From contig CALISP010000015.1 of the NCBI GenBank assembly GCA_938041705.1, positions 1-48,153 of the forward strand: a DNA stretch of 48,153 nucleotides, written 5' to 3'. The notes under the pieces are model-generated. The model did no database searches and was not told where the DNA came from. It was given only the letters and a program-made list of their open reading frames with translations. Position 1 is the first letter of the stretch. Every line of letters begins with the position of its first letter. The stretch comes from an uncultured Cocleimonas sp. (GTDB lineage Bacteria; Pseudomonadota; Gammaproteobacteria; Thiotrichales; Thiotrichaceae). This document shows positions 21,036 through 29,479 of this stretch, one piece after another. Made by a program: the position numbers and the translations under genes.

Positions 21036-22241
21036 TTAAGAATAGATAGGCATCTTTGGTAATGCTCGACGACTCAAATACTCAGCACCATTTTCAGTGA
21101 TAACAATATTCTCCTCATGAACCATAAGTTTACCAGGGGCAAATTCCATTCCTGGTTCGAGAGTCATTACTGTCCCTACTTCAAATACTTCATCATCCCA
21201 TCGTGTGTTTGAAGGTGGTTCTGTGAGCTGCAAACCTAAGCCATGACCATAGCGACCAACAGAATCACCCAAAGCACCTGCTTTTTGTAATACGTCATTC
21301 ATCGCATGGAATAGATCTGCAGGTGTATTTCCTGGCTTTGCTGCCAAGAAACCTTGTTCAGTGGCTTCCCAGACTGCTTCATAAGCATCATGTGCACTTT
21401 GATCTACTTTGCCGAAGCCATAGTTGCGATCAAAATCACAATAGTAGCCATCGAAAGTACAGCCAGTATCTAATATCAACACATCTCCTTCACCAATTTT
21501 ACGAGGGCCAGCAGGTGAAATTATATCGCTATATCCTCCTTGATCAGCACCACCGACTAAGAATGCAACATCATCAACACCTTCAGTTAAGCATTGAATC
21601 TTAAACGCACGAAATACTTCGGCATCCGTCATTCCAGGATGTACAAACTCAAATAATCGTTCAAAAACAGATGAAACTGTTTGAGCCACGTAACGTAATT
21701 TTTCAATTTCATTGGGTGATTTCACCATGCGTTGACGACGCATAATAACCGTAGCATCGACAAACTCGACCTGTTTGTCATGATTACTCAGATTAACTTT
21801 TAGCTGTTCTAAATCACACAAAGGCATTCGCATATGAGCTTCACGCCCTGAACTGATGCCAATATTTGTAAAACCTGAGGCTGCTTTCGCTCGTTCTACA
21901 GATTCAACTAACGCTTCAGTCAAAAGACTAATGCCGTCATCAGTAGGATGTGGAGATGACCAATTACGGATATCTGTCATCCAGCCTTTTGACATGCATT
22001 CCACACCTATAGTTGGAATAACAGCAATAGGCAAACCTTCACTGGGTAATACTAAATACCAAGGTCGTGTTGGACTTTGCCAAAACTGAGTGAGATAACC
22101 AGTGTAATAATTAATATCATGTTCAGTGGTCAATAAAATGGCTGCGAGTTGTTGTTCACGCATTTTGCTTTGTACGACTGCAAAACGTTTTTCGAATTCT
22201 GCGTTATCAAAACCACGCTTTGGTTGAATTAAACTAGTCAT
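21036..22241 (-). CDS. M24 family (Xaa-Pro peptidase/creatinase/EutD-like) hydrolase
   Basis: Creatinase N-domain, R.VKS..EI, D.G....GY.CD..R, GHGLG, LEPG, HEEN; ATG at 22241 preferred. Confidence 0.88.
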   Translation of the reverse strand: MTSLIQPKRGFDNAEFEKRFAVVQSKMREQQLAAILLTTEHDINYYTGYLTQFWQSPTRPWYLVLPSEGLPIAVIPTIGVECMSKGWMTDIRNWSSPHPTDDGISLLTEALVESVERAKAASGFTNIGISSGREAHMRMPLCDLEQLKVNLSNHDKQVEFVDATVIMRRQRMVKSPNEIEKLRYVAQTVSSVFERLFEFVHPGMTDAEVFRAFKIQCLTEGVDDVAFLVGGADQGGYSDIISPAGPRKIGEGDVLILDTGCTFDGYYCDFDRNYGFGKVDQSAHDAYEAVWEATEQGFLAAKPGNTPADLFHAMNDVLQKAGALGDSVGRYGHGLGLQLTEPPSNTRWDDEVFEVGTVMTLEPGMEFAPGKLMVHEENIVITENGAEYLSRRALPKMPIYS

Positions 22242-22281
22242 TGTTTTTCCTTTATCAGTGCCATTATCAGCGCTATTGTAT

Positions 22282-23022
22282 TCATCTACACAATATTCCT
22301 TTTTCAGCGCCAAGAGTTAACCCGACTTGACGTGCCATATGCCAAGCTAAAACTTGATTGCTCGATAATGCCACTTTGCCCGTTTGCTTTTCAATTTCAG
22401 GAATTACATGCGCACATTTCATATTAGTACAAGAGACAAATACCGCTTCAACTTGTGGATTAGCTTTAACTAAATTGACCGCATCTCTTAGGATTGACTC
22501 AGGTGAAATTCTTCCTACAAAACGGTCTTCTGCTTCATCATAACTTGCTGAAGCACTTACGTTAATTCCAGCTTCAACAAAGTGATTTATCATTTCACCA
22601 CAAACCTGTTCACTATAAGGTCCAAGGTAAGCCACATTATTCGCACCCACAGCATCAAAAGCTGCCAATGCAGAACGCAATGGATTGGACACTGATTTAC
22701 TAGGACGCGTTTCCGAAATTAATGCTGCGATTTTATCGCCACCAATATGTAATGAGCCTGAAGTACAACCATAACCCACTGAGTCAAACTCAGTCTCTAT
22801 TGGAAACAAAGACATAGTTTTACCAATGTGTCCTTCCATTTGCTTTAACGTTTCAGCAGTTACTTCGTTTTCAAATGGAATACGATTGACCATTAAGCTT
22901 ACTGGCTGATCGTTATAGTAATAGCGAAACTCATCTTCAATTGTGACATCAGACTGCAACACAATTAAGCCAAGATACTTGGTGTAATCCCGAGCGAGTA
23001 ATTCGTAGTTAATTTTATCCAT
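22282..23022 (-). CDS. Asp/Glu racemase-maleate isomerase superfamily protein (EutA-like)
   Basis: GLIVLQSD.TIE.E, YGCTSGS, FVSCTN, SSNQ..AW. Confidence 0.85.
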   Translation of the reverse strand: MDKINYELLARDYTKYLGLIVLQSDVTIEDEFRYYYNDQPVSLMVNRIPFENEVTAETLKQMEGHIGKTMSLFPIETEFDSVGYGCTSGSLHIGGDKIAALISETRPSKSVSNPLRSALAAFDAVGANNVAYLGPYSEQVCGEMINHFVEAGINVSASASYDEAEDRFVGRISPESILRDAVNLVKANPQVEAVFVSCTNMKCAHVIPEIEKQTGKVALSSNQVLAWHMARQVGLTLGAEKGILCR

Positions 23023-23083
23023 TATTAATTGCCTTTATAATTTATCAACGTTATCTCAATATAATCGTAGTTCAAATTTGAGA

Positions 23084-24217
23084 TCAACCAACAATTTCTT
23101 TATATAAATCAGGATCAGTTGCACCTTCAGTACCTAGAAGCAAAACAACTGAGTTCTTATCAATATTTGCTGATTCTGCAAGCTCAGGATTATCAATCAT
23201 AGTCTTTAAGGTTATTAAGCCTGATGCCGAACACTCACCGCCTACAATATTAGGCCGCTCACCTTCAGATTTTGCTAAATAGCGCATCATTGGCTTTACA
23301 CCTTCATCGCCTACGGTCAGCACATGACTAGCTCCATGACGTAATATCGGCCATGCTAGTTCAGAAACCTCTCCACAAGAAAGTCCGGCCATTAAGGTTT
23401 CATCCACAATGTCGACTAAAAATATTTCATCGCGTTGCATACTTTCTAATACACAGTCAGACATATACGATTCCATAATGATGACTTCTGGCAAGTCTTC
23501 ACGCCAATGCTTCCAAAAGTAAGCAACTAAAGCACCTGCCATACCACCACAACCTGCTGGTAAAATGATATGTGTGAGCTTCTCTTTAAGTGCTTCCAAT
23601 TGCTCAATAACTTCAGCGGCTAAAACCGTATAACCTGCCATAATTTGTGTTGGTATTTCGGTATAACCTTCCCATGAAGTATCGGATACAATTTGCCAAC
23701 CATTCGCTTCAGCCATCTTTATACATTCAGCAATCGAATCGTCATAGTTACCCTCAACACGATGCACGGTTGCGCCATTTGCTGCTAATATTTTTGCACG
23801 ACCTTCACTAACGCCAGCGTGGATAAATATATGACATGGAATATTCTTTTGTTGTGCTCCCCAAGAAACTGAACGTCCGTGATTTCCATCAGTAGCAGTA
23901 CATACTGTTAATGGAGACTCGTCCCCAGCTGCTTCGCGAGCTTCTAGTACATGCTGTACTGCATATGCGCCACCTAATGCTTTAAATGCACCTAAGTTCA
24001 AACGGGTAGACTCATCCTTATAAAAAACTTTAGCAACACCCATTTGTTTTGCAAAGTCATCTAATGAAATCAAATCTGTCTGTTTATAGTCTGGCCATTG
24101 TGTAATAGATTCAAATGCTTTTTCGCATTTCCCTTCTGGAAAAAGCGCATCAGCAACTTTGCTCATTGTGTTGTCTTGCTTTGGGTTCTTATAATAGTTG
24201 CTGTATGAATATTTCAT
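23084..24217 (-). CDS. dpaL: Diaminopropionate ammonia-lyase (PLP-dependent)
   Basis: KDES.R..L.AFK.LGG.YA, ATDGNHGR, GNYDD, SDTSWEGY, MAGL.CGE, TEG.TDP; ATG at 24217 with GGAG RBS. Confidence 0.88.
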   Translation of the reverse strand: MKYSYSNYYKNPKQDNTMSKVADALFPEGKCEKAFESITQWPDYKQTDLISLDDFAKQMGVAKVFYKDESTRLNLGAFKALGGAYAVQHVLEAREAAGDESPLTVCTATDGNHGRSVSWGAQQKNIPCHIFIHAGVSEGRAKILAANGATVHRVEGNYDDSIAECIKMAEANGWQIVSDTSWEGYTEIPTQIMAGYTVLAAEVIEQLEALKEKLTHIILPAGCGGMAGALVAYFWKHWREDLPEVIIMESYMSDCVLESMQRDEIFLVDIVDETLMAGLSCGEVSELAWPILRHGASHVLTVGDEGVKPMMRYLAKSEGERPNIVGGECSASGLITLKTMIDNPELAESANIDKNSVVLLLGTEGATDPDLYKEIVG

Positions 24218-24250
24218 TTGATTCTCCGTATAACAAGTGAAAAACACCTC

Positions 24251-24269
24251 AAAAGTGGGTGGGTGTCTT
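24251..24269 (-). repeat. GACACC-repeat core copy
   Basis: Minus strand AAGACACCCACCCACTTTT, followed by GAGGTGTTTT. Confidence 0.8.
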
Positions 24270-24394
24270 CTCTATGTATTTTAAATGACATTTTATGAAT
24301 GATGACAAAAGTATACCAAAGCATCTTGATGTATAATCATCAGCCTTACTTAATTAATGATTATTTTCAATCTAATTTAATGGAATCATGATCT

Positions 24395-24865
24395 ATGAAT
24401 ATTGATAAAGCAGATATTATCATCATCAATGCCTTACAACAAAATGCAAAGATTGGTATTGAAAATTTGTCAGAAATGACCTCTCTCTCTACTGCTTCAG
24501 TACAACGAAGACTCAAAGCTTTACGTGATAGTGGAATTATTTTACGTGAGGTTGCCATTGTAGACCCTAGTAAAGTAGGTCAATTAATGAGCTTTATTGT
24601 ATTGGTCGAATTAGAAAGAGAAAGACGCGATCAGATAGATATATTTGTTCGTAGAGTATTAAAGGAGCCCCAAGTCCAACAATGCTATTACGTGACTGGA
24701 GATGCAGATTTTTGTTTAATTTGTACTGCTAAAGATATGAATGATTTTGAAGAATTAACTCAACGGTTATTTTTTGAAGATGCGAACGTGCGTCGCTTTA
24801 GAACTTCGGTTGTTATGGGGCGAAAGAAAGTGAGTATGGAAATTTATCTTAAAGAAGCCATTTGA
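24395..24865 (+). CDS. Lrp/AsnC family regulator
   Basis: D..D..I...LQ.NA HTH, VQQCYYVTGDADF; divergent from dpaL. Confidence 0.92.
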   Translation: MNIDKADIIIINALQQNAKIGIENLSEMTSLSTASVQRRLKALRDSGIILREVAIVDPSKVGQLMSFIVLVELERERRDQIDIFVRRVLKEPQVQQCYYVTGDADFCLICTAKDMNDFEELTQRLFFEDANVRRFRTSVVMGRKKVSMEIYLKEAI

Positions 24866-24909
24866 AAACTTGCTTAAAAGCTTATTTCAAAACATTACTT
24901 CAAAAAAAT

Positions 24910-26019
24910 CTAAACCAACGGCTCTTGTTGTGTTGCGCAGTGAATACTCCCTCCGCCACTAGCAATGCCGTTGATAGCAATTTGTACAATCTTACGATCA
25001 GGGAATACCTTGGCTAATTTATCTTTGGCTTCCTTATCAGCTTTTTTATCACCAAACTTCTGCATAATAACCGCCCCATTACATACGTAATAACCAACAT
25101 AACCTGCAGCGAAATCTTTAGTGCCAAACTTTTCAGTTATCTCCCACGGTGTATCCAATATGATTAATTCAAAAGGCTTTTCATCCGCATCAGTCGCTTT
25201 ACTTAAGGTATCTATATTGTCTCGTGTTATCTGATAATCATAAGACGATTTATCGGTATCACGACTGACAACAACGACACCTGGACGAACAAAACGCGCA
25301 TAAAAATCGGTATGCCCATCGGTGATATCTTTACCCTTAATGCCTTTTAACCAGATGATTTTTTCTAGACCTAATAAGCGTTTTAACTCTCCTTCAACAA
25401 GTTCCTTACTTTTCCCCGGATTACGATTATCATTCAGAATACAGCTTTCCGTCATAATAGCTGTACCTTGGCCATCAAGCTCAAAACACCCTCCCTCTAA
25501 TACTAAATTAGAACTAATACTCCTAACATTTGCCAGTTTTGTTACAAAACCGGCTACTTTTTCGTCTAAAGCATATTCTTGATCTTCCCCCCAGCCATTA
25601 AAATTGAAATTGATTGCGGCCTTCTCAGAATTGTCATTGATAACAAATGCGGGGCCTGTGTCGCGCATCCATAAATCATTTAATTCGAACGGAATTAAAT
25701 CAATTGGGTATTTGTGGTTATTTAATCCACCTAATAATTCTTCCACCAATGTAAAATCTTTTTTTCTAACAAGAATTGATAATGGTTCAAACTTCGCAAT
25801 AGTCATGGCAATATCAGCAAGGTTCTTCTGAACTTCTGGTACTTGTCTGTCTTCCCAAATATCATAACTCGCTACAAAAGACATCCAAGTACGCTCATGA
25901 GTTTCGCTTTCCTCTGGCATAAACCATTTGGATTGTTGAGCTTGTAACGTTGAACTAGAGATTAAAGTACTTCCTGTTACTAATGCTGAATATTGTAAGA
26001 ATGTTCTTCGTTTGATCAT
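24910..26019 (-). CDS. Agmatine/peptidylarginine deiminase family protein with Tat signal
   Basis: KRRTFLQ Tat motif; MP.E...H, D.WMRD.GP, LEGG, TDGH.D, GGG.IHCATQQ.P. Confidence 0.9.
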   Translation of the reverse strand: MIKRRTFLQYSALVTGSTLISSSTLQAQQSKWFMPEESETHERTWMSFVASYDIWEDRQVPEVQKNLADIAMTIAKFEPLSILVRKKDFTLVEELLGGLNNHKYPIDLIPFELNDLWMRDTGPAFVINDNSEKAAINFNFNGWGEDQEYALDEKVAGFVTKLANVRSISSNLVLEGGCFELDGQGTAIMTESCILNDNRNPGKSKELVEGELKRLLGLEKIIWLKGIKGKDITDGHTDFYARFVRPGVVVVSRDTDKSSYDYQITRDNIDTLSKATDADEKPFELIILDTPWEITEKFGTKDFAAGYVGYYVCNGAVIMQKFGDKKADKEAKDKLAKVFPDRKIVQIAINGIASGGGSIHCATQQEPLV

Positions 26020-26065
26020 AATTTAACTATTCCTCTTTTTATATAAAAGTACATTATTTGTAATT

Positions 26066-26219
26066 AAAATGACATCCCTCTACTTTTAAGAGATATTGAT
26101 ACGGCTGAGTCTGCCCTTGAGGCCAGCTTTCAAAAACAAAGCTGTTACCTTGCAAGCTCTGCTCGTTTTTGTGTTTTAAAAACGTAAATAGAACTTATAA
26201 ACAGTTAGATGATATTTAA
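26066..26219 (+). repeat. GACACC-repeat element, long form
   Basis: Core AAAATGACATCCCTCTACTTTTAAGAGATATT; body aligns with 12865-13018. Confidence 0.75.
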
Positions 26220-26391
26220 GTGGCTTTTCCTTCACCAAGGACTAGTACTAAACAATAACGTTGTTGTGTAGTTATCTTCTTTTTTGTTAAAGGAGAGGCT
26301 ATAAGAGACATCTTCTTTTTGGTGGTATTCGATTAAACACATTCAAAAAAGGCTATACTAAAAACACGTAAAATTAACATAAGAGAACACT

Positions 26392-26760
26392 ATGGCATTA
26401 ACAAGAATGGTTGTCGAAATGGGTATGGGAACCGACCTACAAGGCTCTGATTACACCAAAGCTGCAGTTCGTGCAGTCAAAGATGCGCTTTGGCATAACT
26501 CACTCACTATCGCTCCTGCGTTTGGGATTGACAAAGAGCTAATGAAAATAGAAGTATCTATCGGCGTCGCTAAGCCTGATGAGGTCGATATAGAGCAGGT
26601 CAAAGCAGTTTTCCCTTATGGTTCGGCAACTATAAATGTAGTCGAAGGTGGTTTGGACATCCCTAGTGATTGCGGCACCAAAACCACGGTAGTTGCGAAT
26701 GCAGCTGCGACTGTTTTTCTGGATATTGTAGATACTCAACACGCATCGGAGGCTAGTTAA
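26392..26760 (+). CDS. Lin0512 family protein
   Basis: EMGMG.DL.G.DYTKAA.RAV.DAL.HNS...FPYG...V..GGL. Confidence 0.88.
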   Translation: MALTRMVVEMGMGTDLQGSDYTKAAVRAVKDALWHNSLTIAPAFGIDKELMKIEVSIGVAKPDEVDIEQVKAVFPYGSATINVVEGGLDIPSDCGTKTTVVANAAATVFLDIVDTQHASEAS

Positions 26761-26762
26761 TC

Positions 26763-27122
26763 ATGGCGCTTCAAAGAATTATTTTAGAAATGGGAACCGG
26801 TAACGATTTATACGGGGAAGACTACACCAAAGCTGCGAAACGCGCAGTTCAAGATGCTTTACATCATAGTTCAATCACCTTATTTCGAACTATGGGAATT
26901 GATCGAGAATCAATGCAGGTAGAAGTTACCATTGGCGTACAACAACCTGAAAATATTGATAAGGAAGTAATTGCCTCTCAAATACCTTTTGGTACAGTGA
27001 CTGTAAATTGCGTTAAAGGTGGATTAAATGTTACTCAGGATAGCGACTTAGTAACCGTTATTGCAACAGCCGCTGTTGCTGCACGATTGGATATTCCAGA
27101 AGGGCGTTACGTCTCTGCTTGA
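26763..27122 (+). CDS. Lin0512 family protein (second paralogue)
   Basis: EMG.G.DL.G.DYTKAA.RAV.DAL.HSS...P.G.V....GGL. Confidence 0.88.
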   Translation: MALQRIILEMGTGNDLYGEDYTKAAKRAVQDALHHSSITLFRTMGIDRESMQVEVTIGVQQPENIDKEVIASQIPFGTVTVNCVKGGLNVTQDSDLVTVIATAAVAARLDIPEGRYVSA

Positions 27123-27139
27123 TCTCAAAGGGGGGGATT

Positions 27140-27162
27140 AAAATGACACCCCCCTACTTTTA
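27140..27162 (+). repeat. GACACC-repeat core copy
   Basis: AAAATGACACCCCCCTACTTTTA, preceded by an inverted half-copy AAAGGGGGGG (27127-27136). Confidence 0.85.
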
Positions 27163-27210
27163 TGATGTTTTATCTTATTTACCTTTGCTGTGGCTATCTC
27201 ATTTTCTTAA

Positions 27211-27660
27211 TCAAATGAGTTTACTATTTCGACCCATTTCAAACTTAGGCAAATTATCTTCAAGTTTTAACCAATTGGCCTTACTTTCCATATAGATATG
27301 CACGTTAGGTTTTATGTCTATATCAGTATCTAAAGTACCAGCTGCAAAATGAACGATGGTATCAGGATCGTCTTGGTTATCATCAAGATCGTCTTGAAAA
27401 ATTAAGCTTGAACCACATTGCTTACAAAATTTGCGTACTGTTCCATTTTCACCAATATAGTTTTGAATGGAATCTTCACCCGAAAGCCAATGGAAGTTTT
27501 CACGTTTCGCCTGTGCATATGTTGCGTACGCAGCACCATGAAATTTACGGCACATTTTACAATGACAATTACCCATATTCGGCTCTAAGTAATCTACAGA
27601 ATACTTAACTGAGCCACAGAGACATTCGCCTGAGTAGGAACTTTTATTTTTTGAAGACAT
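27211..27660 (-). CDS. GFA/CENP-V family Zn protein
   Basis: G.CLCG.V, CHC..CRK, R.FC..CGS. Confidence 0.9.
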   Translation of the reverse strand: MSSKNKSSYSGECLCGSVKYSVDYLEPNMGNCHCKMCRKFHGAAYATYAQAKRENFHWLSGEDSIQNYIGENGTVRKFCKQCGSSLIFQDDLDDNQDDPDTIVHFAAGTLDTDIDIKPNVHIYMESKANWLKLEDNLPKFEMGRNSKLI

Positions 27661-27817
27661 TGAATGAAATACCCCTTATTTTCATTTTGATAGACAAATA
27701 ACATTGATAGTTATTGCCAGATTCACAATATAGAATAGTAGACCTATAACTGATGCATATGATTTTTATTGAGAGTTTTTCAGTACTTGTTTGTTTAGGT
27801 TTATATAAATAACAGGC

Positions 27818-27873
27818 AAAAAAAAGCAAAGGATCAATCACTAAAGCCGAAACTTATGTGTTGACCCTTTGCT
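27818..27873 (-). terminator. Intrinsic terminator of small-ORF transcript
   Basis: Minus strand AGCAAAGGGTCAA...TTGATCCTTTGC followed by T8; the single non-WC pair is G-U only on the minus strand. Confidence 0.75.
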
Positions 27874-27995
27874 AAGTGCTCACTAGGAGCAATAACCAAA
27901 GGAGGATGGTATTTTGTTTATCTTTGACTAAGACTTGTCTTGTCAAAAATATAATCTGAATCCTATTAGGATTTAGATCTAAATATGTTTAAGCT
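27818..27995 (-). ncRNA. Candidate 3'UTR-derived sRNA with an anti-SD (CCUCCU) loop
   Basis: Series of hairpins (27923-27947, 27895-27910 with loop UCCUCCUU, 27877-27891) ending in a terminator. Confidence 0.45.
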
Positions 27996-28166
27996 TTACT
28001 TCTTAATTTTTGAAGTTGATGCTTTTCTCTTAAATACGTTTTTAACAATGCCAAAGTGCTCAGCCATTGCTTCGCCTCTGAGTTTATGTGCTGTTTGCAC
28101 GTAAGCTTGAGTGTTTATTGTTGAAAAGCTAAATAATTCTAATGATATATTCTTGTCGTTTTTCAT
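27996..28166 (-). CDS. 56-aa small basic protein (RSP_7527-like), not in ORF track
   Basis: Manual translation MKNDKNISLELFSFSTINTQAYVQTAHKLRGEAMAEHFGIVKNVFKRKASTSKIKK; AAGGCG upstream; Y...A..LR.EA motif. Confidence 0.65.
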   Translation of the reverse strand: MKNDKNISLELFSFSTINTQAYVQTAHKLRGEAMAEHFGIVKNVFKRKASTSKIKK

Positions 28167-28262
28167 AATTTATCGCCTTTTGTTAAGTAACATTTCTTGC
28201 TGTTGAAAGAATAATATTCTTCTACGATGGATTCGACAAACGACTAATTTTCAAGCATGTGT

Positions 28263-28275
28263 TTAGAAAATCTAA
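28263..28275. promoter_or_regulatory. LysR-type (T-N11-A) palindromic box
   Basis: TTAGA-AAA-TCTAA, about 100 nt upstream of the small ORF. Confidence 0.45.
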
Positions 28276-28310
28276 CCAATTACAATATATAGATACAGAC
28301 ATGGATAAAA

Positions 28311-29453
28311 ATGAAATATAAAGTTTATCGCGATTGGAGGGATTTACCCCAAACTAGCGATGCGCTTTTTACTAATTCAGAGAAAGAGAGTCTGTTTTTA
28401 TCGCAGGAATGGTTTGAAGCTGTAACTAAACACATCACCAACACCGAACAAGAGTTATTACTCGCCTGTGTTATTAAGTGTACTGATACTGATGTTGTGG
28501 AAAGTGAAGAAAGTGTTAATAAAAATACAGGAATAAATAGCAGCAAAAAACGCAACGAAAAACTACTAGCAGTTCTGCCTATATTAACAAATACAAATAA
28601 AGAATGGACCTCCCTATGCCATCGATACAGCTCACTATATTCAGTTATATGTGCGGATGATCAACAACAACAGGTACTTAACTGTTTATGCAAAGGGTTA
28701 AAAGATCTCCCATTTGAATATCTTACTTTAGCGCCGATAGCGGATAACGATGAAAAGTTAACAAAGTTACAACAGGCTATGGAAATTTCAGGCATAGAAT
28801 GTAACCGTAACTATCACTCTTATAATTGGTATCACAAAACTCACGGACAAAGTTTTGCTGAATATATGTCGGACCGTCCTTCCAAGATTCGTAATACCAT
28901 TGCCCGCAAACAACGCAAACTAAAACGGGATTATGGTTACAAAATTCAACTACATTCTTGTGGTGAATCTGATAACAGTAGTGAATCTGAGAATAGTAAT
29001 GATATGAGGCAAGCGTTAGCAGACTATCATGCGATCTATAAAAAGAGTTGGAAAGCAAATGAGCAATATGAATCCTTAGTTAAGAATATCACCCACGATT
29101 TCACAAAACGTGGTTGGACAAGATTGGCTATTTTACGCGTTAACGGGGAACCTATAGCGGCTCATCTTTGGTTTGTGGTGGAAGGTAAAGCAAATATATT
29201 TAGACTTGTTTACGATCAAACGTGGAAGCAATACTCACCTGGTTCAATTCTCATGAGCTATTTATTAGAATATGTAATTGATATCGACAAAGTGGAAGAA
29301 ATCGATTTTTTAAGTGGTAACGATGCGTATAAAAAAGACTGGATGTCAGAACGTCGAGAACGAGTTACTTTGGTTTGTGTAAAGAAAGTAAAGGAATCAA
29401 TAAAGCAACCAAAAGGGTTACTCGACAGATTTTTTAAACTCTTAAGAAGATAA
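28311..29453 (+). CDS. GNAT family protein (Acetyltransf_6, CelD/BcsL-like)
   Basis: FLSQEWF, R.TI.RK.RKL, Y..SWK, YSPG.IL, IDFL.GND.YK.DW. Confidence 0.85.
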   Translation: MKYKVYRDWRDLPQTSDALFTNSEKESLFLSQEWFEAVTKHITNTEQELLLACVIKCTDTDVVESEESVNKNTGINSSKKRNEKLLAVLPILTNTNKEWTSLCHRYSSLYSVICADDQQQQVLNCLCKGLKDLPFEYLTLAPIADNDEKLTKLQQAMEISGIECNRNYHSYNWYHKTHGQSFAEYMSDRPSKIRNTIARKQRKLKRDYGYKIQLHSCGESDNSSESENSNDMRQALADYHAIYKKSWKANEQYESLVKNITHDFTKRGWTRLAILRVNGEPIAAHLWFVVEGKANIFRLVYDQTWKQYSPGSILMSYLLEYVIDIDKVEEIDFLSGNDAYKKDWMSERRERVTLVCVKKVKESIKQPKGLLDRFFKLLRR

Positions 29454-29479
29454 TATTTAGCCTTAAATAAATGATATTA

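Noticed and set aside
24218-24247. Extended N-termini in the ORF track (dpaL 24247, M24 22313, fnr 2682, ccoP 4972)
   Set aside because: Downstream ATGs have better RBSs, avoid overlaps and fit typical family lengths.
26066-26219. Guanidine or other known riboswitch upstream of the deiminase
   Set aside because: I could not identify the conserved guanidine-I/II/III motifs, and the same sequence family occurs next to unrelated genes.
27644-27841. 65-aa minus-strand ORF from the track
   Set aside because: It starts inside a terminator hairpin, has no RBS, and is low-complexity AT-rich sequence.
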